Of a stretch of 64,000 nt of DNA, positions 1 to 13,700 are shown in pieces. The notes under the pieces were generated by a model that saw nothing but the letters and a program-made list of their open reading frames with translations, was not told where the DNA came from and made no database searches. Numbering within the stretch: the first letter of the stretch is position 1; every line of letters starts with the position of its first letter. Both the position numbers and the translations under genes were made by a program. Source of the stretch: Klebsormidium nitens (lineage: Eukaryota > Plantae > Klebsormidiophyceae); NCBI GenBank assembly GCA_000708835.1, contig DF237346.1:22444-86443 (forward strand), written 5' to 3'.

Positions 1-416
1 ACAGCAGCTGCAGCATCAATCTTGAGTCCACAATATGAATTAATATTGGCCCAGATACCACTAAGGATGTGTTGATAAAAACTGTTTATAATTTCAAAGA
101 CGTTCTGCTCTTGAAACCACGAAAAGCATCTTGGATTTCAGTGACATTGGTCCATTCCGCCCTAGCTAGTCTCAAATTGGCCGCATGCGTCTGATCGAAC
201 AGCATTGGAACAAGCTGTCGGAATCTCGGAAGGGCATTGCTGACATGAGTCTGCTTTGACTGTCGGCCCAGCAACTTGCCCGGACAACAACGTTAAGCAA
301 CATCTGGTTGTGCAGCCCCATTGGAAGCCTGGTACGGTATCTTAAACTCGCCTTGAGCATTTCGGCACGATCGAGCGCACGGCATTGCTTGTCCGCTCAG
401 CACTTTATTTGCCACC

Positions 417-3400
417 ATGGCATTGGAGGCGCACCCCTTTACGAGCTTTAATAAGCCCGGGGCTAACGGGACGCAGACCCTCATTGGGAACTGGGTGGAG
501 GAACGAGTGCTAGAGCAGAGCACCAGTTACTCCCGCTACAAGGTGGGATATCACCTCAACAAGTTTGTTATTGCTTTGAGGTACAATGCTGCAAGCCAGT
601 CTTAGCGGAAGTGGCTGTTCGTCTCGTATCTGATGGTGCATGCCGCACGGCCGGATTATTCTGCTCCAATATCCCGCGGCCGCATCCTTCTTGGTGCTCG
701 TCACTGCACTTTGTTGCATGTGAATGTTTGAGCTTCAACTGTCACCTCCTAGACCTAGCCCCAGAGGATTCCTTCTTTTCAAAGAACTGGAAAGTGCTCA
801 AAGGTGCCTCAATACGTGCCCACTTAAACAGCAACACTATTTTACTGCCTAATGGTTGCATTTGACATGAACCAAAAACCATAGTCAGGACAAATCCGGG
901 TAGTTTCCCGACCTCTCTCTCAAATCTCGTACTGCCAGGAATCCACACAACCTGACATTGCACTTGAGCCCGACAACCAATCTCGCAAACCGCTAACAAA
1001 TCTAAACACCCAAGCAAAACCATCACATGAGCTCCCAGAACGTTTGCAGAGTAGCTCCCAACCTAGTTGCGTACGGTGGTGCTGACTTGACACTTTGCGT
1101 CTCTTCAGGACTGGGCCAGCACCGCAGAGAATGGCGGCAGTGTCTACCCAAGGAAGGTCCCAAGCACAGCGACTGCCATTGAGACGGCTCCTAGAGTCAT
1201 GCCCACCTCAGAAGATTCTCAGGTGAGCTTTCTAAGATCACTTTACAAGCTTGTCGTGTGCAAGAATGCATCTTTCCTGGTAAGGTAGATGTAAGAAGAG
1301 CTACATGTGCAACATAGTTATGCATCTCCGAGAGTTGGAGTGCTACCTGTGGAAATTTGAGGACTTGATTGAGCAGTAGATAGTGGTGACTGGAGTGTCC
1401 TACAAACGCGCAGCTGTATGAGTCAAATTTAACAATTCGAAATGTCACAGACTTTGGTCCTCTCTTAAGCGTGAAGAGTATTGATAGACGGCATTCGAAT
1501 CGCCAATTCAACGGCTTTGAGAGCGATTGGAATGTTACGACGGTTCGCATCGACGAAGGGAGTTTGGCGTAGTAAGAGCTGCCTTTCGTGGCAGTCGGAG
1601 CAATGTTTGCTGCAGCTGTCATGGAGAAGAGGTCAAACAAATTTTGGGGCACAAAACACACAGGCAGAGTTGAGTCTATAAAGGGCTCGCTGGAGTCCAA
1701 TCTAACAAGGTAGTAGTGCTCGCAGGCAGCGGCAACTCACTTCATGACGGTAAAGCAGGAGACGTACGCGGACCCCAAACGAACTGAAACGGACGTCCGA
1801 ACCGCCCACTATGTGGACATGTCTAAGCTGGGCAAGAAGGGCGCCAAGATGGTGGCGGAGCTCTGGCGGGAAGCGAGGTGAGCCCACGTCTAGTTGCTGT
1901 CGAGCAGGCTGTCTTAGGGCGGCATGACGTCGCTCGGTGTGATATTGCTTGTTGATGTCCCGCAGGGATTTGAGTCTGCCTCTAACAAGGTCGGAAGCAA
2001 CCTGTGCTTCCCCGTTCATTTCAGGTTCTTCTCGAATCTTGAACAGATCCCGAGTTTCGAAGCGCTGTTGAGGCCACTTTTCTTTCGATACATCTATCAA
2101 AGAAAACGTTGTAGGCACGTCGATAGTTTCTAAAGACGAGATTTTGAAGCACCCCTCGACGTCGTCTGTTCAGCAGAAGACCTTTCTGACGATTTTTGCG
2201 CTTCCTCTCTCTCAGTGCCCTCCCAGAACCCGAGCCGCCTTCGTCTTCTTTCGAGACTACCAACCGGACTGTGCATGGGCCCCTCGACACGTCTCTCGTC
2301 AGAAATGCGATGAAGGGAAGCAGAGTCATGAAAACCCAGGACGGGAAACTGATTCCGGCAGGTGGGTTGTACAAATCTGCGAGCGAAGTTCTAATCCCTC
2401 TTTTCAGTTCACCAGGGTTCGACCATGCACTGAGTTAGGAAGGCTTCGGTTAACCCACAACGAGTAGCAGAACACGAAAAGCCAAGTGAGGGCTGCCTCG
2501 CGTAACCTTCTCGTGTGATCAAATCTAGGGGGAAGAAGACGAGCGGACATAGTCGATTGTCCTTTATGGTCTTTCCGGATCAGCTACTGGGCGCCTTGCA
2601 ACGAATACTCAAAACTCAGTAGATTGTCTGCTTCTTCCGACGGTGTAACGCTCCCATGGGTTTCCGTACGGAGATCTGTTGTTGATGCTATACCCACCTT
2701 TCTTGCTCGATGCAGAATGCCGAGACGGGACCTTTCAAAGCGAGCTGGGACTTCTGCCGCTATCGAGCCTGAATCGCAATGCGAGCTTTGGTCAGGAGCC
2801 GGATCTGGTAAGCGAGTCGTCATAAGTACTGCTGACTTCACATTTGCGTTCTCCATTTGGTACCAGACAGGTACAAGTCAAGCTTCGAGGATGATTGAGC
2901 CGCTAAATATAAGTTGCAAAAGCGGAATCGTAGGAGAACCTTTCCGAAGCCAATCTTGTGAGGCTGAAGACGAGGAAGCTCTGTCTTCAACGCAGTCCTC
3001 GGTACCAATTGCACGACGATGATAGATGCAACGCTGAGAGTCGAACAGCACGACTCTGAGGAAGCAATAAGTTGGCCAAATGTTCTGCTACGACTTGTCG
3101 AGCCTCTTCTCTGAATGCCGCTGATTTTTGCGCTAAGCTTGGCTGCACTTTTGTGAAGCGAGCGTGTGTGCTGTGAAGTCCCGCGAACTGATTGCGTCCA
3201 AGGTCCCACCTTTTGGGCGAGGCATCCCTCCGCAATCCCTCAAAGTCCACCACTACTGAGGGCCTTTTAGACGCCAGTGGCTGTGCGACCGGGGAGACCT
3301 ACCGGGCAGCCTCAGAGCTTTGGACGACTACGGTATAACGGCTTGAAACATAGGGAAGTTGTGGTCCCGCAAACGCTCAGGACTTACATGTGCATCTGCA

Positions 3401-3550
3401 CCTTTGCAGGATGCTCCGATCACCATCTACTCCACGTCTAAGGAGGGCGACTTCGCCCAGACACGTGGCGCCGGGGCCGTGCGTTTTGGAAAGTCGTGCA
3501 GATTCAGCAAACCGATAGACGACCCGACTAAAGTGGTCACGGATCAATGA
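417..3550 (+). CDS. SPAG8: Multi-exon flagellar microtubule inner protein, SPAG8/FAP143-like
   Basis: Exon 417-542 has TLIGNWVEERVLE (GNWxEE module of axonemal MIPs) and ends at AG|gtggg. Further exon-like segments occur at ~1110-1221, ~1726-1879, ~2228-2360 (SSFETTNR) and ~3270-3330. The last exon ~3409-3550 is DAPITIYS...FGKSCRFSKPIDDPTKVVTDQ*, resembling the SPAG8 C-terminal ITFW...FRKNCSFSTP motif as I recall it. Internal exon phases are not fully resolved. Confidence 0.6.
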
Positions 3551-4798
3551 CGTTCGTCTGTTGCAGCCAAGAGATTGCTGGTCACGGTGCCCACATGTTC
3601 ATTAGACCGTCTTTGGGAATATAGTGGGACTCAAAAACAGTGCTTCCAGGCTGAGGCGTGTTATTTTAAAACATTTGACTGCAAGACGGTATTGGAGATA
3701 TGCGTGTACATTGCCTTCACTGCGGCGCGCCCAGCGTGAGTGCTTACATCTCGTTTGCGCTTCTGGAATCCGAGACGACTACGCACGGACACATCTGATC
3801 AGAGCAAAAGCCCATGAAAACTTTTAACCACTTCAATTGTTTTCGGCCGGCCCGGCCTAGCTGAACATGTGAAAGGTGTCTCACTAAGCAGTTAGGTATC
3901 TCGACTCCATGCCACGCGCGCAGGGGCGCCGCGCGCATGTGAGTGGCCTTCGAGTTCAGCAAAGTGGCCAACAGCGGCGAGCCGCCCCGCGTGTGTGCAA
4001 TTAGCTGAAACTCCTCAGCTGCTCAACCTATTTTGGCGGCCGGGGTACCTATATATCATGCTCAGTACGTGCCATATATACCTAGCCTGCGAATCACATA
4101 TGCATATCATTAATTGTGCATGTACATTTACGGAAGCCGCCGATCCACGCCACGACCCCGGTAGGTGAATATGAGTCAAATCGTTTCATGGAGTTGACAG
4201 CCCGTGGCATAGGTATAGTATAATTAATTTACCATGTACTGACATTCAACGCTCTAAAGTACTGGAAATACTGGCTGCATGAGCTGCATGTCGGACATCA
4301 CTGGGCCCGAATATTCATAGCGCATATCTTCCAATGATCGCAGGCGCCCCGTGCGGCCACATGGCGGCAAGGCCTGACTGCATAAACCCTGTCACTGTCT
4401 TCTAGATGGATGCACCATGCAACGTTGGCGTGTGCTGATGCACGGTGACGAATTTTACATGGTGACTCATGCACCAACGTACGAGCAAACAGGGCGGCAA
4501 GGTTCTGTCCCTCTTGCGGTCTTGACGTGCTCGCATATGTTTCTCAAGTTGGTCAGGGCGGTGTAGTAGCGAATCCGTAGCTCAACTCTATTATCCTACA
4601 TTCTGCGTGATCGAAGTGCAGTGTCGTCAGGCGGCGCGGGTATCCGTTCCCTGATTACCCCTCAATGCACAGCTATGCTAAAGGTTTAAGAAACTCGGCA
4701 CTGTCGCCTGTTAAAACTACCTATATACATCAAAGACAGGTATTACTCGTACAACATTTACAGCATAGATTTCCGCAGGATTTTTAGTTCCCTCTCGT

Positions 4799-7700
4799 TT
4801 ACTCAAACTCTATGATCACTTGATCAGCGGCGAGGACGGACCCTACTTTCGCGGACACGGCCTTCACGACGCCTTCTTGCTCCGCCCGCAACACGTTGCG
4901 CATCTTCATCGCTTCAACCACTGCCAGCTCAGCGCCGGGCGATACCTGTACGTGCAAAAACTTGATGTCAAGAATCCTTCGAATTGAAACTCTCTATATT
5001 CGATCAAGCAATATTTCGAAGAGCATGGAAGGAGCTGTCTGCAGCACGCTGACGTGGCGTTATCGCCAACCAATGCGCGACAGCTCGTAAGTTGCAAGGT
5101 TGGGCGTTTGCAGTCAGTACTCACGTTTTGTCCCTCTTTAACGGCAACGGAGATGAGCGCACCGGGCATCGGGCTCCGCAAGAACTGCACGAGAGGGACA
5201 TGACACGTGATGTTTAGGCCATAATTCTCGATCAATAGACTCTCAGAAGCCGCTGCTTGGCACGTGGGCGAGAACGACAGGAAAGTACAACCGATCCGAG
5301 TAGTGCTGATCTGCGACAATTCCAGGTCGACCCACGACTTCAAGAATCACGGAACATTTTCAGTAAGCCCCAGATATTCAAGTCATTAGACGCAGCTTTG
5401 CTCTGCTTAATAAAATTCAGGAAGGCGTTATGATTAGACGGTAGTGGAAGCGCCAACCGTATCCCTACCTTGCTGTAGTCCACGACTCGAGGGGGCGGCA
5501 TATGCTTCGCCATGGCTGCTTGATCCGGCCTCTCAATCAACACGTCATGCTGTAGAAAAGGGCACAAGCTCAGTCGGATCGCCGTCATGCAGATCCAAAA
5601 AGAAAAGTTAAACATGATCTCGAGGCAACAAGGAAAGGAGGACTTGAGGGGACTGGATCATACAGAAGGTTCCAAGCGGTGTGTAACGAACGGCAAGAGA
5701 GTCACTCTCGTGACTTTAGTGCCAACTTCGATGTTTTGTAGTTTGTAATGTGCGTTCTACTTATCTTTCGCAAAAGCGTCGAAGCCCAGATTCAATTATG
5801 GACAATCCGCGAGCACGGTTTCATGAAGGTACTCAGCAGAGTACCAATGGAAGAGTTTTAAAAGCGCGTGCAGAACATTCTGCAGTAGTCGCCTCGAGTC
5901 TTCTGGATAACGGCAGATGCAGGAGAATCCTGTTTTGGGCTCGCGAGGTCCGCAAGTTCTCAACCGGAGCGCGTGCCCAATGAAGTCGCGTGCGCCGTAT
6001 GACCAGCAGCACACCATCTTAGCCTAACTTACTGCCCTCACAAAAAAGCAGTGAGTAAGAGAGCGCTGTTCGTTGTGCTCGCAATACCCACGACTCAGAA
6101 CAGTTGAAGGAGCTGTTACTTGCCTGCGAGCCGGCGAAGAGGATGGAGAAGCCTCGGGGCAGTTTCTTGATAATCTGGAACGACATGGGCTGCTTCTTTC
6201 CGTCGAAGTCGACGTCCACTAGGTGCGGTTGCCCCGGATTTGGTGTCAGCAACTGTACGGCAATCTTGGAGCCGTCCAACTTCACGTCCTGCATAATGGT
6301 TTGGAAAGAAGGTTATCGATTTTGTTGGGTTCATACGAATCTGAAAGACCAAGGTTTCTTGATGATCTGGAACGACATAAGCTGCTTCTGGCCGTCGAAG
6401 TCAACGTCCACTAAGTGCGGTTACCCCTGGATTGGTGTCAGCAGGTGAATGGGAATCTTGGCGCCATCCAACTTCACGCCCTGCATGGTATGTTGAAAAG
6501 AAGGCTCGTGTTTGTCTATGGCTCATTGTTGAGTACAAGAGTCAAATGTTCCTTTCTTAGGTACCAGTTCCGGCCAGAAGCATGACAGACGAACTCCTGG
6601 CAATACAGCTTTTCCATGACCTGGAGGATCGGAGGGTGTGCGAGCAGGGGAACACGATTGCGCAGTCCAGTGCTGGCACGTGCTTTCAGGTCCTTTAATG
6701 ACTACACCCCTTGAACCTGAATTTAAGATTGCCTGCCAATCCAAACACGGGTACAGTTGACTCAAACGTTGCGAGCTTTCGACAAGTAAGGATTCCCCGC
6801 AACTGCCCAGCCGCTCTGGGAAACAAGATGTAAAAGACGATGCACAATACCCACCTTCCAGCATTATCCGCAATATGCACAGATTTGATCCTGACACTTT
6901 GTTGTGATAGCGCACTTTCAAGATCTAGAAAGACTCCTGTCTCTATAACCGGGTAGTATCTTACGTATTCGCCCGTCACGTCTGACACCGGCGAGACCAC
7001 CACCTCGTGCTGCTGCCCGGCGTCGACGGTGAGTGTCAATTTGATGGGATCCCCGCTGGGGAAAATGGAGAACGACTGCTGATGCAGCTTCGCCACGTGG
7101 AGGGCTGCCGCGCTCGCGAGCATCCGGGCCTGAAAAGAAGCATAAAAGACAACGTTAATTTGCATCTTGACCAGTATCTCGACATCTTGCCTTGTCCAAA
7201 GATGTTTGAGGCTGGCCAGTATATGCCCGTGACTAAAACAAGCAGGAGAAAAGAGGGATAAAGAATAGTTGCAAAGGGACGACGATAGGGGAGGAAGCGC
7301 CTTAGAAAACGACAGCAGGGCGAGTCTTATCTTCCGTGGATTTGCGGGGATTTTGCCAGTGGGAAGCTCTCAGGATCCTTCAGCATGACGAAGCCAACGG
7401 ATATCAGCCCCCACGACTCGCTGAAGTTCTGCGGGTCAATTTCCACAGGTCTTAAGCGAAGTTTGCAAAATGGAATTTTTGTGTGAGGTTAAAGTTAGAG
7501 GGATTGCCAGCCATATTATCCCCCGTGGAAATCAGGTGAGTCCTAGACTGAGCTCACCTCTTGAGCGTCTGTCAAGTAGTCGCCCTGCCAACCCTGGGGG
7601 TAGTGCTCCTGAATGAACTTGGTCGTGATGTTGCCGGACCGGAAGTCCTGCACACATAAACCAACCATCCTTAAAGCTTTGCCTGCAAGCGCGTTTAGAA

Positions 7701-10700
7701 CCACAATTGCTTCTGATGGTCTTCCTACCATCTTCCAAGCCTCAAAGAGCATGAGCGGCAACGCCACTTCTCGAATGAATTAGAAGGGAAACCTTTGTGC
7801 ATGACGGTTCCATTCCTCCCCAGAATGCCAAGCAACGCAGGTAAGTAGACATAGCATTGCAGCGACCTTACCGGGTCGGAGATAACGGATCGCAGGAAGG
7901 GGATGTTGTGCGTGAGTCCCCGCACGACGTACGAGTCTAGCGCGTGCTCCATGGACTCTAGGGCCGCCTCGCGGGTGGGACCGTGCGTCGACAACTGCGC
8001 GCAGCAGCACAAAAATCACCAGGGTAAGGAGCCAGGTAGACCGGGTTTGGTAGACCGGATTTTTATTTTTTGTTAAAATGAGTAAATTCATTACGACAGA
8101 GTGTTAAGATTGAACTTCCGGTTCCAGTCAGCGGATCAGGCCGCGCAGTTGCACGTGCGCGAACACGCCCTGGTTTTGCCTAACTAGCCTGGTAAGGAAA
8201 CATAACGACCCATCCCGACCGGGCCCCGTTTCTTAATCCTTTGAAAGTGAGATCAGCTTCTGAGCCCTCAATTTTTTTTTTCATACTCGGCCCTCCCCGG
8301 ATCAGGACGACGTCAGCGAACGAGTGACGCAGTATAGAGTCCGAGGCAAATGCTACGAGCCCAGCAGAAGCCAACGGTTCCCGTCAAACTGTCTTTTGTG
8401 TGCATTTTGCTCCACAAGCAAAGCCTTTACGGACGGACGCTGTTGATTGGTTTTCGGGCCGCAGCAAATGACCGGTCTCGGCCTATAGTCTCGCACTTTG
8501 CAGCCTAGAAAAAGACTGCACACCTAAATCAACTTGTGTATAACCACTCATAACCACGTTCAAGCCCCCACCTTGCAGATAAGCGGGTCGTAGTAAATGC
8601 TGATCTCGCTCCCCTCCTCCACCCCGGTGTCCAGCCGCACAGTCTCCTGCTCTCGACCTCCCTCCGCGGGCCTCGCGCGCGGTTCCGAATACGTGCGCAG
8701 CCTTCCGTTGGAAGGGAGGAAGCCCCGCCGCGGGTCTTCGGCATAAACGCGCGACTCGAGAGCCCAGCCTTGGATGCGGCACGCGCGCTCCTGAGTCAGA
8801 TTTAGCTTCTGACCAGCGGCTACCTGCAGGAAAAGCAGAAGCATCCGTCAAGCTCAGGATGGGCGCAAAGGGTTCTGCTTTTTGTTCAAGGCCTTTGTTT
8901 TGCTCGCCATGCCACAAGTTTTCTTTGGCTTGTCGTGTCGCTTCCTTCTGGTTGTCATCATCGTTCTGCTCCGACTCCGTTGGAAGTCGAAATTTCGACA
9001 AGCGGGCGGGATTTTGGATCGGGCGGTACCTCATTCGGGCAATGCCTGCCTGACCCTTCCTTACCCTATGTTCAGAAGGCCGCACATTCAGCAGTGCGGA
9101 AGAGCTTATGCTTTTACGGTACACTCATCGAGGTAAGAGTCCGACAAATCTCAGAATGCTCACATTCACCTCCAGGTAAGAGCCCGACAAGTCTCAGAAC
9201 GCTCATACTCACCTCCAGCAATCCCAGTCGAAGAATCAGCTCTATGAGCGGAAAGTAAAAGCGAAACCCAAACGCCTGGACTTGTCGCGTTTTCACGCAA
9301 TCCAAGCTCCATGGCAAGAAGCTCCAGATCCCATCAATAAAAGGGGAAAAGCTTCGACCGGCAAACAGAGACCTTGACATCTTCAAACTTCGGTTGAGTA
9401 CGGGCTTCGAGAGGTCCAGTCCAAGGATGAGCTACGTGGCAAAGAACCAAGACAAAATCTTACTTTTCTGAACCAGTCCCGAGCAACAAAGATAAAGAGC
9501 TCAGGACCCTCACTTTGAGCATGAACTCCACGAGGTCAAGGGCGATGAGCCCTTTGACGGTGCCTGAACCAGAGAAACAGAACCTAGAACCCAGAGCCCA
9601 GAACTCGAACACGCAGATGGGTGTCATCAACATTTCAAACGCCTCACTTTGAGCATCAGCTCCACGAGGTCCAGCCCAGTGATGAGCTCCGTCACGGGAT
9701 GCTCCACCTGCAGCCGCGTGTTCATCTCCAGAAAGTAAAAGTTGCGGTGCTTGTCCACCAGGAACTCGACCGTCCCGGCGGATTGATACCCGACCGCTTT
9801 CGCGAGCTGCACCGCCTGCTCGCCCATGGCTTTTCGGGTCTCGGGGGTGATGAAAGTACTCGGGGCTTCCTCGATGACCTGGAAACATAAAGGGGCTCTT
9901 TTCAATCAAGGCAGAAGCGTCCTCTGACCAAAGCTTATTGGGAAAAAATGCCACAGCTTTGTGGGTCTCCGGGTTGAGGAAAGTGCTCGGGGCTTCCTCA
10001 ATCACCTGGAACCAATAAAGGACCCTTTACAATGAAGGCAAAAGCGTCTCCTAAAGCTCATCGGAGGGATTGCCACAGGTTTCCGGGTCTCCGGGTTGTG
10101 GAGCACGCTCGGGGCTTCTTCGATCACCTGGAGAGGGAAAAACGGTACTGTGATTACGGCAAAAGCGTCTGCAAACCACACCTTCTTCGAGAAGTGCTCG
10201 GGGCTTCCTCAAAACACTTGGTGAAAGAAGCGCGGTGCTTTTGAACAGCGGCGCTGAGTACAGCTCGTTTGCGAAAAGGCCAGAGCTTTCCAGGTGTCGG
10301 TGTTTGAGAAATACGCTCTGGGCTTAATTGATCAGCTGAGAAAGGAACGGGACGCTCTTATGACCGAGAAGAGAAATTTGTCGCTGAGTACTGCTCGTCT
10401 TCAAAACGGAAGTGCGTTTGCTGTGAGACTCTGTCGGAGTCAACAGCTGCAGCTGTAAAGGAAGAAAGCCTCGGGTTTCGGCTGTTGGGGATACATGACA
10501 CTCTACTTGCACTTTGTCCCCTTAATTCAGGCCTTGAAACGTGAAGTTTGGGACAGCTTGCAAGCATCTTTACCACAAATCACCCGTAGTCGTTTCCAGA
10601 AAGAGGCCGAATCTGTGCCGAAACTCCAGCTGTTGAAATTACTGACCGATTTGTGAATGGGATTCACCCCCCGTTGTATTCTGACAGACGTGCGACGCCA

Positions 10701-13700
10701 AAGACGAGCGAGTCCCTCGAGACACATGATGTTCCAATCAGAGGTCTCTTTCCGTGCTCTGGACCTGATCGTTTCTGTTCTACCTCGCCGAAGTGACCCT
10801 AAAGGGCAGCAGCTCACCTTCTGGTTTCTTCGTTGAATGGAGCACTCCCGCTCGGGTAGATAGAATGTGTTGCCGAACGAATCAGCTATCAGCTGGATCT
10901 CGATGTGCCGCGGCTGCTCAATGAACCTGCGACACGTGTCCCATAGGGGTGTGAATGATAGGCGCGTATCCACATCGAGCTCCAAAAAGTCATGTTAAAA
11001 GCAAGAACAAAGTCTGGTACAACTTAGAGCACACTGTGATGAAAGGACCAATTTCAATCGTGAAAGGTACTCATCAGGGGCTGAAAGCAGAGGACCAGCT
11101 TCATGTTGCCTAATCGGGCCAGAAAATTGGTTGACTGATGGAAGATGGACGTCAAACGGGTCGACACAGCTAGTCGTCGAAGAAACAGGGAGTAGCATTG
11201 TTTTCTCACTTAGCTGTCTCGAGCAGATTGCACTTGAGAATTAGCGTTCAACTGAGAAAGCATGTGCTATGCTCACTAATCAACGGATTGAGCATGACGG
11301 GCAGGATGCTTCTCCTTAGTCATCAAGCGGGATAGAGTAGTATTCAACGCTGGAGTACGCTCCAGTCTGCTCGAAAAACGTTTCCTTCCCGCCTGAAACC
11401 CACAGATGCTCACTTTTCGATGAAGATGCGCCCGTCGCCGAAGCTAGACACCGCCTCATCGTGGCACACGTTATACTGCTCCATCACCTCCTTCTCGCTC
11501 CTGCAAGCAGCGGTAAATGTCCAAGATCTTCTTCATCTCGAGCATGAGAGAGCATCCCTGCAACTTCGATCCTGTTCGACCGGAGGCCGGGTGTTCCTGT
11601 CGCAACGCTGCCTAGTTGAGTCAACAACTCGAATTCGAATGACTTGGAGAAGTGCTTCTGTGACGGGCAATCCGTGAAGTCTTATTCCTTCAATAGATAA
11701 CGAGGGTCTCGGATCCTCAATGGAAGAGGCATATTTGGGAAGCTTCTTTGCGAACGGAGATCGACTCGACTTCTCAATCAAGACTTCAGATGCAGCATTT
11801 TTAAAGTTTCCAGCCTTGTCAAATGTGAGCTTGCTCAACCTACCAAGCAATGCGCATGCCCTTTCCTCCCCCTCCCGCCGAAGCCTTCATCATGACCGGG
11901 TAGCCAACCGCCTTGGCTGCACCGGCAGTGCAAAGGAAAGGTCAACAACGGGTTTTGCGCAAACGGCCTGTCCTCACCAGTTTGGCGATCGTCAAAAAGC
12001 TGGATTCAGGTTCTTGAGTTCGTTTACCATAAAGAGAGAAAGTACTCTCTGTTACGCCGTTGTTGAAAGAAAAGCCGGCAACACCAAGAAAGGGGACTGG
12101 GGCTCGCCGAGCGTTCTTAGAAGGACAGGAGCGGTCGAACTTTGAGAGCGTGATGGCTGCAAGAAGGAAGTAAGATGCCACAATATACGATGAGAGAAAA
12201 GTCAAGGCAATGTTCAGTCAGGGAAGGGCAAGCGGCTCACCAACTTCTGCGGCGTGCGCAGCATCCCGGATGACGTCAGGAAATCCCGGGATCGTGTTGA
12301 CGCGGGCCCGTTTGGCCAGTTCCTTGCTCTCAATCTGGAAAAGGAAGATGCCAATCAAAGGCAGAAACGAACAAGGGACTTGATGTTGAATGGATCGCAG
12401 ACTTTCTCGGCCCGAGCCACGCACTTGGCTTGGCCAGGAGAAGTTGAGGGCGATATGAGGCACGTGCCTACGACTCTTCGAGCAGACGATTTGGACCCGA
12501 CTCCCATTCAAAAGCGGAACACCATTTTGAGATGTAGTGAAATCCCAATAATTAATGAATCAGTAACCAATCAAGATGCACCCAGAAACTGCTGGAACTG
12601 GCTCGAGGACGGGTCGAATCGTGGATTCTAAGCGTGACAGAGAGGGAGTCGGTTGTCAATGTAAGAAGTATAGAAGGGGTCGTCCGCATGCGGAGTCAGA
12701 ACCCTGTGCAGACAAGGAAACATTCGTACCTTGTCCCCCATGGCGGCAATAGCCGACGAAGTTGGACCCACGAACTTGATTCCCTCCTGTTCCAGCCGTT
12801 CCACAAAGGCAGAGTTCTCGGACAGAAAGCCGTACCCAGGATGGACCTGCAACGCCACATGATTGTTGATTAATTGAATAGGCTTTTCAGTAATTGATCG
12901 ATATAATAGACATAACTATTATAGTGCGATTGATTATTTCGGAATTAGCAGTAAAAGGGTGGCACATTTGCTCTTAACTTTTCGAAGTCAAGCGCCTGCG
13001 TCAGCTTTCAGGCACAGGCAGCATCTTGTCATGATAAGTTCCATATTGCTTTTCTTTTACGACATTCTGCTTATGAGGGGCCTTCCTGAGCCAGTTCCAT
13101 GAGCATGAGCACACATGGACCAGGCTCAGCTAAACAGTATTCTTCTTTCGCTTGAAAAGTTGGCCAAAACAATAAGAACGTGCAAAAGGACTCCGCTTTA
13201 TCCATGCATACGTAAAACGGAAGAACGTCAACACTTTATGATTGGGGCAAGGTGGCTCACCGCTTCTGCTCCGGTGCTCTTGCACGCAGCCAGGATCGCA
13301 TCAATGTTCAGATAGCTCTTGGTGGAAGCTGCAGGGCCCTGAAAGATTAAACCCCACACTCAGATGAGGATGATTCGGAGAGATCACACTGTCGTATGAT
13401 TTCGACTACGTCACTTCGATTTCAGAACGATTGAGCTACCTCCGAAAGTTTCCACCGATAAACGCGAGGAGTCCTAATGATTCTTGAGGAATTCTGATGA
13501 TTCGTTTGTACTTCTCCTTTGGTGCTCTGACCTTGTTTGGAGAACCTGTGACAAAGTACACACTATACTCAGATTCACGTGGTCCAAACTTCGGGACAAT
13601 GTGAATAAATCTTTCATGTCGACCCCAGAAAGCTTTGCCGGAGACATTTAAGCTGTTGGAATGTCTGGGATCCTCACCACGCAGACAGCCTCATCTGCCA

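Noticed and set aside
2584-3253. Nested antisense gene in the SPAG8-like intron
   Set aside because: Short ORFs in different frames with no recognisable motif or consistent splice structure.
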